Source: Camelus dromedarius (Eukaryota). From it: 64,000 bases of DNA. The notes beneath the pieces were generated by a model, which was given only the letters and a program-made list of their open reading frames with translations, was not told the origin of the DNA and did no database searches. A program made the position numbers and the translations under genes. The first letter of the stretch is position 1. Each line of letters opens with the position of its first letter. Where the stretch lies: the NCBI RefSeq assembly GCF_036321535.1, contig NC_087437.1, positions 75,828,001 through 75,892,000 of the forward strand. Reading direction: 5' to 3'. Of this stretch, positions 25,020-39,010 are shown in pieces.

Positions 25020-26560
25020 AGCATTTTTATTTCTTTAAAAACATGTCATTATGGGCAATTTCAAATATATAGAAAATTATAAAACTCTCAGGTACTCAGT
25101 ATTTAACACATCTTAATATTTATTCATGTCTCCTTGAGATTTTTTTTTTTAATGTAAGATGGAGCTAAATTTCTCTTCTGATCCTCCGCTCTCTCCCTTT
25201 CCCCAACTCCCACCCGCCAAAGGTAATCATTATCCTGAAGATGATTTATATCCTTGTGGCAATGTTACACACTCACCATTATTTTGTGAGATTTTAGAGT
25301 TTACTCAAATGATATATGCTATAAGTCATTTTTCAACATCTTTTGTTCATACAACATCAGGTTTTTAACTATATCTGTGTAGATATGTCTAGGCCTACTT
25401 TACTTCGTATTCCAAAATACAACTTTCCTGCAATTTGTTGAACCATTTCTTTACTGAGTTATTATCTCCAATTTTTCACTGAAACAACTCTGCAAAAACT
25501 TTGTGTTCACAAAGAATTTCCTGGATTACAGGAAAGGTGCACCTTTCACTTTCCTAGATGTTGCCAAATTGCCTTCCAAGGCGGTTATACTGATTTATAT
25601 GCCAACCAGCATGAAATTTTCATATGATTACGGCCATTTGACTTTCCTTGTCAATGAAGTACCTGTTCATAAGCTGTGCACATTTTCTAATAGAGTGCTT
25701 CTTTTTCACATTGATTTGTGAGTGTGCACTGCGTTTGTGCGTGTGTGTGTGTATAATCCTTTAGTGGTCATATGCATTAAAAATATTTTCTCCTGGTATT
25801 GGTTTGTATTTTTAATTAATTTATGTAATATATATATTCTTTTCAGTTGAATGTAGTCCATTTTCCTCTCCTGAAAGGCAGTGTAGAGCAGTGGATCTGG
25901 AGCGAGAATACCTGGGATCAACTCACACCTTTGCCACTTACCACCCAGGTTAGGAAAGTTAATAGCCCCTCCAGGCCTCAGTCTTTTATGAAGATCATAG
26001 TAATAACAGCCTCATAGGGTTTTCATGAGTATTATATGAGTCAGAATATATAAGGTACTCAGAATACTGTGTATAGATAGGTGAGCTCAGTAAATATTGG
26101 CTTGTTATTGTTTTACTTTATGGTTTGTGCCTTTTGTCTCATTTAAGAAATATTTATCAACCCTGAAATAAAAAATATTATCTTAAAATTTTCATTAAAA
26201 GTTTTTAAATGGTGCTTCTACATTGATCCATCTGGAATTTATTTTTAAGTATGATATGAGTAGGAAGTCTATTTTTTCTCCCATGGCTAGCCATTTTGTA
26301 GCAGTATTTATTGATAGCTTATCTTTTCCTCACAGTGCTACCTCTGTTGTGGACATCTCAAATATTTAAGGTCTGACAGTGGGTCCTTGATTTGTTCCAG
26401 TGGTCTCTTTGTCAATGCCATGCGGCTTTAATCACTATAGTTTTTTAAAACGCCTCCACATATGGAGGTATGGGTCTTCCCTCCTCCTTCTTTTTCAAAA
26501 TTGCTTTGACTCCTCCTAGACTTTTGCAGGTTGTCAAATTCTATGAGAAATCCCACTAGC
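25020..26560 (-). mobile_element. Old L1ME-type fragment interrupted by a MIR (~25875-26110)
   Basis: Antisense L1M motifs (ttgccaaattgccttcca, tccatctggaatttattttt, ttgttccagtggtctc). MIR core in between. Confidence 0.6.
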
Positions 26561-26789
26561 TCACTCTGGTTTGGGGAAAGTTTCAATTTCAAGGCTAGAT
26601 TTCATCCTAAGAAAGTTCATTTGTACTACATGTCAGGCAGGATGTTATGTGGAAAGAGCCCTGGACTTAGTAAGATTTGAAGATTTGGGTTCCAATACCT
26701 AACTATAGGGGCTCCTTTGGACAAGCCCCTTCATAACTCTAGGCTTCACCTTCCTCGTCTGTAGAAGAGGCTGGACCGTGATCAAACAG

Positions 26790-27405
26790 TAGCATGCCTA
26801 GAATAATTGTACTCAAAAAGGAATCCTTAAAAGAGCTGCATCAGCATCACCTGACAAAGGGATAGCCAATTAGAACCAGAATCCGAGGACAGAAACCAGG
26901 AATCTATGTTTAACAAGCTCCTCAGGTGGTTCATACATATGATGTGATGGTTAATTGTATGTGACAGCTTGGTATTTGGTCAAACAATATTCTAAATGTT
27001 TCTGCAGATTTTTTAAGATGAGATTAACAGTTAAATCAGTAAACTGAACAAAGCAGATTCCCCACCATAATCTGGGTGGGCATCACCCAACCAGGTCTTC
27101 ATTAAAAAAAGACTGGCCTTTCCCAGGGAGGAGAGAATTCTACCCTTAAACCACCTTTGGACTCATCTTTAGACTTCTTCATGGGTCTCCAACCTGCTGG
27201 CCTACCCTGCAGATTTCAGACCTGCCATAATCATATAAGCCAATTCCAATAGATAAATGAATAAATGAATGAATCAAATTAATATATAACATTAATTTGT
27301 GAATTTACTTCTTTTTTATTTATTTATCTAGCTCGTCCTCCTCTTGGCCTGTTTCTCTGGAAAACCCAGACTAATGCAATATACATATTGAAGTCTGAGA
27401 AGCTC
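26790..27405. mobile_element. MER5-type element split by an MLT2 LTR
   Basis: MER5 motifs gcatcagcatcacctg...ggaatctatgtttaacaagctcctcaggtggttc precede 26943; aagtctgagaagc follows 27378. Confidence 0.55.
26943..27378 (+). mobile_element. MLT2D-like ERVL solo LTR
   Basis: Starts tgtgatggttaattgtatgtgacagcttgg and ends ctgtttctctggaaaacccagactaatgca. Confidence 0.85.
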
Positions 27406-30339
27406 TTCCTCCAGTGCACCTGGCATAACTCCATCTTTTATGTATGACTTGCCCAGATCCATTCATTTGTGGAAGAGCTACGGCAAGGATCCAGGTCACA
27501 GGACACCCAGTTTGATACGTTTTTCTGCTGTGCTGTGCTTGTTAGGGAAAATACATTGTAAGGAAAATAAAGTGTTTACATTGAGTGAGTGGGTTAAAGA
27601 GAACAGACATTTTATTTCCACCGTGAATTAATCTGAGTTCCATTTAAATAAGAAGCTCACCTGGTAATTCGTTTATAAATTTCTATATGCTTGACAGAAA
27701 AAGCAGCAGCAGGGGACTGAAATATTAGGGCTAAATATCTATTTAAGCTGAATCATAATGAAAAATTAAGTATCTCTGAAATAAAAATGTAAGAAAATAC
27801 AAGCTTATTTCAGCAAAAGCTTGTATTTCCCTATACAATGTGAAATTGTGTGTGTGTGTGTATGTGAAGTGGGGCCATAGACACGAGTGCAGACATAAAC
27901 ACTATGTGCTAATTCACTTAGGTCTAGAAAGGATTTAGTGGGAGAAAGTACCCACTCGGTCCCCGGCGATGTCAGAGACCCCATATCCCAATAAAGGAGA
28001 ATGAGGAAATGCAGCTCTAGACTTCACCCACCTCCTAGTAACACACCAGACATATCCGAGTGGGGAGAACAGTTAACACAAAACGGTCTAGGGTTAGATC
28101 ATTAGATTGTAGGAAAAATGTCCACAGTGTGTGCCTTTTGACATAGTGGGATGCACTCCACACCAGCTGGATCTAAACTCCTACCCAGCAAGCCAATGAC
28201 CTTGTGCTTCCCACCACGTCTCACACTTTGTTTCTAAATGTACAAACTTATCACTACCAGAGAGATGGTACTGACTTGCACTCCCCGGTGGATCGAGCTT
28301 TAGTGAGTAATCAGTGGATTTAGAAAAAGGGAAATAAAAAAGAGCCTCTTCCAATCAGGCAGATCTGTCTTCTCACCGTGTGAAACACAAAACACACAAC
28401 ACCATGACTACTTATATAACAACCCAGAAAATCTGTAGAGAGTGGAAGCTAATCCTCTCATGTGGAATGTTAGCTTGGACACACAGACATTTATAATGCT
28501 TTATCTTGACTGAAAAGTCTTTGGTGTTTTCAAATGGCTCTGGGTTGTCTGAGGCTGATCCTGGGCCTTGTTAGAAATTTAGCATCTCCTCAGGCACCAC
28601 TCTCTTGCCGGGGTAGGGAGCCTGCACTGAGTCAGTCGGGGAGGCACCGGTAACACTGCATGAATATTTATAAGTGAAAATGTATTAATAGAGCTTAGAG
28701 AACCTCTATCCCCAAATCTCCAAGAGACAAAAGAAATGTCCAAGGGAGATAGCTGACTAGAATTTTTTAAGCTACTGATATTTTAAAATCTATTATTTTT
28801 AAATGGCACCTCTCCTCCCCGCATCTGAATGGGGAATTTCAAATACATACTGCCCATTCCCTGCCTTTATCAGTTGTCCTCTTAGGGACCCTATTGGGAA
28901 ACTTTCTTTTGACTTTATCAGACCTGACTCTCCAAAGAGAAACCAACAAAGCCGGTGTGTTTCACAAATGCATATGCTCTCGTTAAAATAGCTGTCCGTT
29001 CTCCCAGAGAGCCTCCCATGAAAGCATTTTAATTCTCTAAATAAAATGTAGTTCAGCCTTTATTCCACAAAGCCAATTTGTTTATGTTTCCAAGTTCAAT
29101 CACAATCTATTTGTAAAACCTATTTAGAATCAGAGTCACATAGCCAGAAATGATCATGCTCTAATTTCCTTATTAGAGAGATTCTTGTTGCAGCTGGCAG
29201 CCTGATGTGACTGCTCCCAGGGTTTGGAGCGACCCGTTCTTACCCTCGTTTCTGATTCTGTTCTTCATTCCTTTTGGTTCCCCCCAACCCCCAACATACA
29301 AATACCAAGCTAGAGAGGAACAATTCTCCACATTGTTGCTCAGATGGAGGTGAAATGAGAGACTGCTGCATTCTTACCTATCAAGAAATGAACAAAATTG
29401 GGTTACTCACAATATCTGCAGGAGAGAAAGGAAGGAAATGTTCACAAAACACATCATGAAAAAAAGGATGCTTTAGGGTTCAGGTAAAAGGTTGATTATT
29501 TCAAAGGACTTGGGGGAATGATGTTTGCTGGATAATTGAATGAGAATTAAAGCAGAAAGCCAATGCCTCCTGCAAGAAAACTTATTTCATTGACTTTTTC
29601 TTACAATTTTTTCTTTATAAAATAGGTGAGTCAATCTTTCTGACACTACAAGATGTCTTTTCAAGGTAACTTAACAGTTCTCTAACCATGCAGGGTCTTG
29701 AAGTGTCTCTGCGTCTGCATCAGTTAGTGAAATGTTATCCATCCTGTAAAGTCTAGTTCAATTGTTATTCTGTAAACCTTTCACCAACTTCTCACTATTT
29801 TCCTGATGTAATATAGTCATTTGTTTTATATAGTATTATAGATTCTACTAGTCCAGGCAGAGGATGCTATGAAAACTGTAAAGACGCTCCCATTTTGCAT
29901 GTAATGGTGGTTAAAGTAATGTCATAGGTTCCTCCTGTAATAGATTATCAATTGCCCAGAGACCCCACCTGCTGTGTCTGTCAAATTAAACCAGACTGAG
30001 GAGAAACATGGTCTACTAATAAGTAAGTGTCAAATAAATATGTAATATCTGTCACTCAGCACTAAGCTTGTTTTCCAAGAGTCTAGGGTACAGAGAATGA
30101 GGCAAAATAGCATGTTCCAGATCTTAAAAATGGAGACTTACTTTGAATTGGGTGACCTGACCCTACTTGAGGGCATACATTCGTTTGCATGAACAGCTGA
30201 CTAATACAACCTCTTCATGCATGCTTCCAAATCTCTTTAGGATTCCTCCATCATTCACTCATCCTTTCTCTTTTTCTTTCATCCACTACTGAAATACCAC
30301 CTCCTCTGTAAATGCCTCAAGACACACATTACTTATTGC

Positions 30340-30800
30340 CCATCCAATATGCATTGATTCTTACCTTTTATCCTTAACCTTGGATTTATCCAAGGTGTAT
30401 ATGTTCAATTTTCCATACTCCCAGCAATCAGGAATCCCCAGATGATCAAGTTTTGACCTAGGAGATGAAAAAGTAGCTCACTGGGTACAATTTGCAGGAA
30501 CTTTTCTTAGAGACAGTTTCAGCTGGCACACTCCTGGGCCCTTTAACCTTCACCTTGCCTTTCCCTTCTTGCCTGCCACCTAGACTTAGTGTCTGGAAGT
30601 ACAGCCATTTTACAACGTTAAGGATGACGAATCAGCAAGATTAAAGGGACCTGGACTCTTGATGAATTGCTGACTCACGCTAACCTTGGACAGCCTAACT
30701 CTGATCGTTTGTGGCGTGAGACCAGTCAACTCCTTTCCTGCCTAAGCTGCCTTTTGCTGGGTTTCCTTACTGGGAGCTGGAAACCATCCTGACAGACATA
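30340..30800 (+). mobile_element. Old MLT1 (K/L-like) LTR
   Basis: Ends ctgggtttccttactgggagctggaaaccatcctgacagaca, resembling the MLT1J-L 3' terminus. Confidence 0.5.
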
Positions 30801-31839
30801 ACGTTCTTAACCAAATGAGAGGCCCGGAGCAAATTTGCCTTGGACTTACCCTATCCAAGCACACACCTCCGACAGCTCCTGTTTCAGTCATCACCCTACG
30901 ACCTCCCCTTACAATAATGCTTGACGGGCATTTCAGAGAAACCGGCAACTCACATCAGTGAAATTCCCAGAGATTATCAAGCCCTCTCCTGTCTAACCAT
31001 TTTTTAGAATTTCCAGATAAAATATTTTACTTGCTAGATCTAGCAACCCTACTGTTTTGGGGGGGAACCTGTCTCAAATGTTTTACATGCTTTCCAGATA
31101 GCTTGAACATTTTGTAGTTTTATTATTTTCTGCATGTTCTGTGATGACTACATTCTGCTTTCTGTACAATGCTCTTTTATTGATGTTTTACCCATGTGTT
31201 TCCCCTGTATTAAATGGTTCCACTCTGCTAAGTTTTATATATACGTATGTGTATACACACACACACACACACACATTTTCCCCTCTTGTCAGTTGGCACT
31301 GCTTTACTGTCAAAATGCCTGTCTGTAGCATCCTGACCTGGCCTATCAAATTTACTCTTTTAAATCTGTTTTTAAAGTGACTATGTAAGAATTTTGTCTA
31401 AAATAAAAGTAAATAATCCCAGGTACTGATTTGAAGGACTAATCTAACAATAAAAATGATGGACTTGGTGATACTTATTTTGACTACTCAGAGAAATGGT
31501 CTTTTGATTATGGTCTGGTTCTTGATGTTTGGTTGTAATATTTGTATTTTTAAATGAGCTCTTGATAAGAGAGGTGCTGCTATGTAAGACTGTCTCTTTA
31601 AATATTTGCCCACTCTCTTTTGTGTAGGTGTGCAGATGTCTCCTTGCATGCACACACACCATTCACTAGTTAGTTGATGGCTTTTATGCCCTGGAAGTCT
31701 GTCTATCTGCATATTGTCTGTGCTAGTGTTCAAGCTCCTAGATGACAGGGAATTATTTTATTGAATTCACTTGACACCCCAGCACTGCTCCTCAGCTGGG
31801 CTTAACCAGTGCTCCTGCTCGTGCGACTTCTCTACATAT

Positions 31840-32200
31840 TCTAGCTCCTGAAGCAAAGACCAGCAGCATAAACATAGCAAGGGAGCTTGTTAGAAACGCA
31901 GCATCAAAAACTCCTTCCAAACATCCTGAATCAAAAATCTACGTTTTTAATAAGATTCCCAGGTGATTACTATGCACATGGGTATTTGAGAAGCATTGAT
32001 CTAGAGAAACGGTTTTAAAACTTCAGTGTGCATCAGAATCACTTAGAGGGCTTTTCAAAATACAGATTTCTGGACCCCAATTCCAGAATTTCAGAGGCAG
32101 TAGGTCTGGAGCAGAGACTGAGAATTTGCATTCCTAACAAGCTCTCAGATGGTACTAATACTGCTGGTCTTTGGGCCATGCTTCTGAGAACCACTCCTCT
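31840..32200. mobile_element. Two adjacent MER5A-type elements
   Basis: gggagcttgttagaaacgcag...tttgagaagcattg, then after a ctag junction tgcatcagaatcacttagagggc...tgagaaccact. Confidence 0.8.
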
Positions 32201-34719
32201 AAAGGAAACCGAGTGGCAGAACTGGCAAAAATTCAGTGCCTTTATAACCAGAAGGTCTGCATTTTAGCTTTTACTCCTCAAGTCACTAGCTGTGTGACCT
32301 TGAGAAGGTTTTTTTGCTTTGTCTGTCTCTTTTTCTCGTTGGTAAATAAGACAATCTGAGGACCAGCTCAAGCACAGCGCCTGTCTTCTCCGTTTCATTT
32401 CCGTGTCAGCTCCTTGAAACCAGGAACTGTATTTTAATTATTGTTTTGCCCCCAGTGAGACCCTGGAAGTCTCCTGGCTCAATGAGTGAATAAATGAGCA
32501 AATAAAGAAATGGATCCAAGACACAAGATCCTGAGAGTGAAAGCATTTTTAAAATGAAAGATATTTTTATTACTGTCATACACGGTACCTAGTTCTTTAA
32601 AACTGTTGAAGGAATGACTATAGTTTCAAGGATACAGATGATTATACTAATAATAATAACAGCAGCAGCAGCAGCAACTAATACTCATACGGTGATAATA
32701 TTAGATACAAATAACTAGATACAAAAAATAATAATGATTGGTGAAGAAGACATACCCCAGATGTTGAATCCAGTAGGCATGAAAACTGTAAGATGCCAGG
32801 AGGCATGATCTGTTGTGTCAAGGGAGAGAAGGACTGGAGCAATTAAGCCAGGCTCAAGGCCAGCCAAAAATTCTAGCAAACTGGCAGCCAACTCCTGCTT
32901 TTAGGGTGGCACTGCTACTTTAAGGGTGAGTCAGAGGATTTCTGGGAAAAGCACTCTCTGTTCCAAGTTTAGCAATTCAGCGTTCTCTTGTGGGGACTGG
33001 AGCAGCAATGCGGAAATGGGAGTAGGGGGTGGGGCACACGTCTGTCTGAGAGCTGGGCCCCGACCTGTGCCCGGACCCTCTAGGCTCCTTGCATGACCTC
33101 AAGGTGCAGTTCAAAGCTCCAAGCTAGCCCTAGGCTCTAACTCTCATTTTACGGGTCCTGCTACTTACAAGGGGTTTAGCTTGGCTTAGAATCTTTCTGC
33201 TCCCCGTGGACCAGGTGCACGGGGTGTGACACTAGGAAAGTGTCCAACTTCCTTGTTACTTTAGAAACTGTTAACATTTCCCTGTGGGCCACAGCCTTAC
33301 CACATCTGATGGCAATAAAACCAAGAAGCAAATGTTTCTGCTTGTGCTAAGAGACTATCGCTTGTAGAAGGGAAATTGGAGCAACAGCTCTGTACGTAAG
33401 AAGAGGAGCAGCGACTGTGATCAGGGACTAGAATATCATTTTATTAAGGGGTGAGTAGATGCCTTCTTGGTACCGGAGAACTCAAATTTGTTTCCTCAAG
33501 AAGTTTTCATTTTCCTCTGACATGTACATCTGTCGCTCGCTTGCACTGATTTTTTTTTTTAAGAGAAAAATGCAGCATACAACTAGGTTACAATGTGGTG
33601 GGGTTTAATTAATGTTTGGGAAGTATTTTGAGTTTCTTTGATGAAAGATGTTGACTACCACTCAGGGTCTTACAGAACAATTTTCCTGGTGATGGTTAAG
33701 ATTTTAAAGTAAAATAAATATTCAACTGGATCGGAAATACTATTGATGGATGAGTTTTTATTTAATAAGTTAAAGAAAATAGCACATTAGAATCACCTAA
33801 GTACGTGAGTTTCTCTGTACCATTGCTAAGCTATAACTCAGTATATCTGCAGAAGGAGAAAAAAGAGGTAACAAAGCTCAGAAAAGTAGGTATCAACTTC
33901 CTACCAATAGATAATTGTAATGCCCATGTGGGTTCCTGAAAGAAATGCCAATAAAATTACCAGGAGTCAGTACCTGGTGTTTTAGGCAATTTATGTGGGA
34001 AAGTTGAGCATGGCTACTATTTGAGTCTGTATTTGAGATCAGCAAGGAACGGAACATTTAAGCAGAGCCAATTGTGGGTGTAGCAGACATAAACATCTAT
34101 GTATTTATGTATGCAAATTAGTATAAACATTTGATAGGCTTCAAATTATTTTGAACGGCTTTTCCTTCTCTCCGATGACACCAAAATGTCACAACCTCCA
34201 AGCTCTAACACTTCTTCTAGTGAGGATTAGGGACTTCTGCAGAGAACACGTACTCATTCAAAGCACAATTTTAACACGTTTGGTTAGCTGGTTTCTGAAC
34301 TCGTGGCATGTTAGAGGCAAGAAACTAGATAAGGGAGTAGGAATGCCAAGGACGCCCTGATATCACCAAAGAGTGACCCAGACATACTTGCCAAGTATTT
34401 CATCCAGTAGTCAACTCAGTCTGTACAAACTCACTTGTACACAGTGTCTGCCCAGGTTGGTAAGGTGGCTGCAAAGCCATCTACCAAATTGGTCAGCAGT
34501 CCAGGAACTCCTTGTCATCTACTCATGAGCTGTGTGAGGCATTGTCATTCCAGTGAAATCCCTAGCTCTCTGGATTTGTGCCCTGTTAGTAAATCTACTG
34601 AGCAGGACACATCCCACCTGTCATGGAGTAGGTGGTACATGGTCAAGGGCATTGAGAGTAACTGCTGAAAAGCCATTGTACAAGGATCTGTGATGTGTGG
34701 CTTGAGCCCTGCAGTTCAG

Positions 34720-35260
34720 TGCACTGACTCAGTGCATAGGCTCTGGCTTCAAATCCTCATTCCCCAGCTGAATACTAGTTAAGTAACCCTGACCAGTTAC
34801 TCATACTTCCTGAATCTCAGTTTTCTCATCTGTAACATGTGAACTATAGCAGGACCTAACTCAAAGGGTTGTGATGAGGATCACATGAGATAACATAAGG
34901 AAAGCACTTAGCACATTTCCCAAGACTGATACAGGAGACAGTAGAGCTGGAAGAGGCCTCAGTGGTCTAATACTTTCCTAATACTTCATTTTTAAAATGA
35001 GGAAATTGAGTTCCAAAGAGATTGAGTTTTACAGCCAAATATTGGCAGAACAGGAAATTCGATGAGAGGGAAAAAAAATTGCATACCTAGTCTATACCAG
35101 GAACATCACATCTATTATCATTTCTGATCCTCAAAAAGTTGTATAAGGTATTGTTATCTCTGTTTCATGGAAGAAGAAAGCGCAGGGAGGTTCAGTGAGT
35201 GGCCAAAAGCTAGAGCTGGGAAGCAAACTAATGTTTGCTTGACTCCACAGTTCATGACCA
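34720..35260. mobile_element. Cluster of MIR fragments in both orientations
   Basis: cctgaatctcagttttctcatctgtaacatg (+) and tttaaaatgaggaaattgagttcca (-) cores. Confidence 0.7.
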
Positions 35261-35268
35261 TTCCTTTT

Positions 35269-35716
35269 AAAAGAATGGAGATGTCATTTGCAGCAACATG
35301 GATGGATTATCATATTAAGTGAAGTAAATCAGACAGAGAAAGACAAATATCACATCATATCACTCATATGTGAAACCTTAAAAAAAGGATACAAATTCTA
35401 TTTACAAACCAAAAACAGACTCATTGATATAGAAAACAAACCATGGTTACCAAAGGGGAAAGGGGTGGGGAGGGATAAATTAGGAGTTTGAGATTAACAG
35501 ATACGTATTACTATACATAAAAATAGATAAACAACAAGGATCTACTGTATAGCACAGGGAACTATATTCAATTTCTTATAATAAGCTATAATGAAAAAGA
35601 ATCTGAAAAGAAAAAATGTATGTGTATGTCTATGTATAACTGAATTACTTTGCTGTACACCTGAAAGTAACATTGTAAATCAACTACACTTCAATAAAAA
35701 ATAAAATTTAAAAAAA
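35269..35716 (+). mobile_element. 5'-truncated cetartiodactyl-type L1 with TSD
   Basis: catttgcagcaacatggatgga...ctgtatagcacagggaactatattcaa...tgctgtacacctgaaa...aataaaaa poly-A. TSD agttcatgaccattcctttt (35249-35268) / agttatgtccattcctttt (35717-35735). Confidence 0.9.
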
Positions 35717-36399
35717 AGTTATGTCCATTCCTTTTTACTCTGTCTCAATGTAGAAGGCAGGACTCCTATTTTTTTGGTGACCTACTTGACACTGGATATG
35801 AAATGCTTAAAACAAATCAGGACACTCCTGAGCTATTATGACTAAGGGAGAGTTAATTGTACCTCTAGGTGCTCAATGAAACATTTACTTTTTATCTGAA
35901 ATCCCAATATCAAAATGTTTCTTCCTAGCAAACACAGAGAAATATGGCTCTTTTCACAGCCTTGATGCGGCAGAGAATGCTAATAAAGGAGAGGAACCCA
36001 GACGGGGCTCAGAGGGCATGTCTGAACAGACAGAGCCATGGTTCCACGTAAACAAGCCTGGAGAGAAGCATTTCTTGGCAGTTAGAGACAGGCATATTGC
36101 AAAAGGTACTGGGGGAGCCAATCTCCATAGAAATCAATGGGCAAAGACTGTATCTACAGGGAATGTAAGGAATTATGTTAGCAGAGATGAATAAAAATCT
36201 CTGTCTGGGTAGGAACAAGACCCCACCAGAGGCCACCCCCACTGCAGCACAGGCTGCCTGAGGCAGAGACAGTGCTGGGGCCAGAGCAAGGATCAGCAGA
36301 ATCGTAGAGCAGAGAAATTCTGACCATACGTAAGCAGCAATTATTCCCTTAGCCACAGAAGGAACCAGACATTTTCACTGGTCCATCATGTATCTTTTG

Positions 36400-36730
36400 C
36401 AGAGATAGTTGTAGTTTATTGTATGGGATTTGAAATCAGACTGCTGGGTTTGAATGCCAGCTTCACCATTTGTCAGCTGTGTGACCTTGGACAAGTTACC
36501 TAACCTCTCTGTGCAGTTCAACTTCCTCATTTATAAAATGGGTCCAAAAACTGTATCCACACCAAGTGGCTATTAGGAGGATTAGGTAAGTAAGTTAGTA
36601 CACATGTGGCACTTGGGTTAATTCTTGGCACCTAGAGAAACCTCGATAAATCTTAGCTGTTATTATTACCTCATGGGGTTGTTTAGAGAACAAGATAGCT
36701 TAATGCCTGGGATATAGTAAATACTCAGTG
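36400..36730 (+). mobile_element. MIR SINE
   Basis: agctgtgtgaccttggacaagttacctaacctctctgtgc...cttcctcatttataaaatggg. Confidence 0.85.
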
Positions 36731-38689
36731 TTCACTTTCATTTTGTATTTGTGTATATTTATCATTCACAGGCTTGATGAACATTTATTGTTGAATTCAT
36801 AAAGTCCCAGGTTAACCCACTTGGTATCTAGAGTTGTAGATAGGTATCTGGTCTGGGGAGACTGTGCCACCAAGATTCTAGGATGCAGAGATGGCCACTG
36901 GGCAACTCCCCTCTGCCACCCATCACGGGGAAGGCTATTTTAAACAGAGATTTCTGAGTGGTGCCTACAATGTAATCCACCAACAGGAGATTATGATGTG
37001 ATTCCTTTTTCTGATGATGTTGGTAATTAAAGGACAGCAACCACAACTTCAGCATTCTCTTCTGAGAAATCACACGGATTAAAGGTCGTCACAGTTCCGC
37101 TCCCATAAGCCTCTCCCAGAAAGAGAGTAAGCCCTGAGCTGCTGCTTTGTTGGGGAGAGAGGAGAACCCTTAATGATCCCAACAAACAGCCCTTTATTTT
37201 AAAGTATCATAACTGACCTTAATGGGGAAACACTGAGAAAATTGAGATGCGTAAAAGTAGCAGGCAAATACACTGACTGTCTCTGCACAGTCAATTGAGA
37301 TTCAGAACGAGGTTTACCCAAAAGCCACCCTCGGACTGGTGATTTACATGCTCTGAGTTAAATAATAAAGCAGCCACGGGGAAGCGCACTGAAAAAAATA
37401 CTGCTTCCTCTGCTGCCTGACTGGGGGTGTGGAAAGCCAAGTTCTGTGACCCACCCCCACCCCGAGAAAGTAGGAGAATGTAGGGGTGCATGCAGAGGGC
37501 GTCGGGGAGGAGAATCGGGTTAAAATGGCTTTGCCTTAATCTGAGAGGTATTGAAATTATCAAGAAACCAAGGACACCTTGACACCCTGAGGTCCATGAG
37601 AAATAAAGGAAAATGCAACCCTGTGGAGAATAAGACACCAGCAGAAAGCGGGCTGTTTCCGATCAGCTCTTCAGACCTCCTGAATCGCCGGCCCAAAGGC
37701 AATGCGTCTGTGATAGTGAATCACCCAGACTTTAAATGGTCAGCGTGGAGTTTATTTTTAAAAGATGCCGCTTTGTATTGTTAGGCTGTGTATATGCTTT
37801 TGCAGTTGCTTTGGCCGTTGTGAGTGACACGACCAGTTAATGCAATTGAACAGACCAAATAAGACGTCTCTGGTGAAAGTACTCGTTGGAGTTGAGCTAC
37901 ACGCTTCTTTCAGAACCTTCACACAGGTAGAGGCAGCCACGTGGCCAGCCAGCCAGTCCGCTTACTCCGTCAGGCTATCTACGAATCCCTCTGGAAGATT
38001 CTGCAGGGGATGGTCTGGCTTCAGTGGACACTTAATTTAAAATGGTTCCCAGATGACCGGCCCGGAGCCATTCTGTCCCGAATATAGAGAACCCGGGGGC
38101 TATGCGCATCTTTAGTCTGACACGACTATAGGCCACTTTGATTCCTCCTGGCAGGAAGGTAAAAATCCCCCCTTTTGACATAATGAAGTATTCCGTAAAC
38201 TGAAAATCTCAGGACTCAATTATAAAGGCCAAATTGCCATTTTACTCACTAATATAAATAGCTATGGTTTCATCCATCTTGCCCTTTGTAATTTACCTTA
38301 TCTCGTGGATTCCCCACAATAACTCTGCAAGAAAAGGATTTGTTCTAGTCAGGGACCTGTGGGTCACAGGTTACGGAAACTCAATTCAGCCCAGGAAAAC
38401 AGGGATAAATAGGAGTTGGGGGAACTTTGTAAGGTTGTAGCACAGTCGTCCTAGAATCCAGGAGAAACTGAACAATCGGGCCTCAGGACAGACAAAATTG
38501 AGTGTCCAGGACCTGTCACTCTCCACTTCCACCCCTCCCTTGAGTCAGGTGCCCACTCGGTCTGAGCGGACCTTTTTGGAGACAGGATCATGTGGTTAGA
38601 GGGCAATGATGCCCAATTATCAGGGGTTAAGGTGAGGGGCAGATTGCCAGAGAGACGGGGGCAGGCAAAGCATTATCCCAAATAATTCT

Positions 38690-39010
38690 AGTACAGAGTT
38701 ATCATCTCCATTCATCACAGAGGGAAACTGAGGCACAGGAAAGTTAGGAGGGCTTAGTCACATAGCTAGCAAGGGGCTCTAGGCTTTCTGAGAGCCTGGG
38801 TGATGTATTCAGACAGATCTAAACTGAAATCCTATAGTTCGCTTGCTGTTGGATCCTGGATGGGTTATTTAATCTCTTTGTGCTTCAATTTCCTCACTAT
38901 CAAAATGGGCTCATGTCAAAGGTTTATTTTTAGAATTAAATTAAATGAGATAATTGATTTAACCCATATAATTTAGTGCCTGGAATACAGCAGCAGGCAA
39001 AAAATGCTAA
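38690..39010. mobile_element. Two MIR fragments in opposite orientations
   Basis: acagagggaaactgaggcacagg (-) and tttaatctctttgtgcttcaatttcctcactatcaaaatggg (+). Confidence 0.7.
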
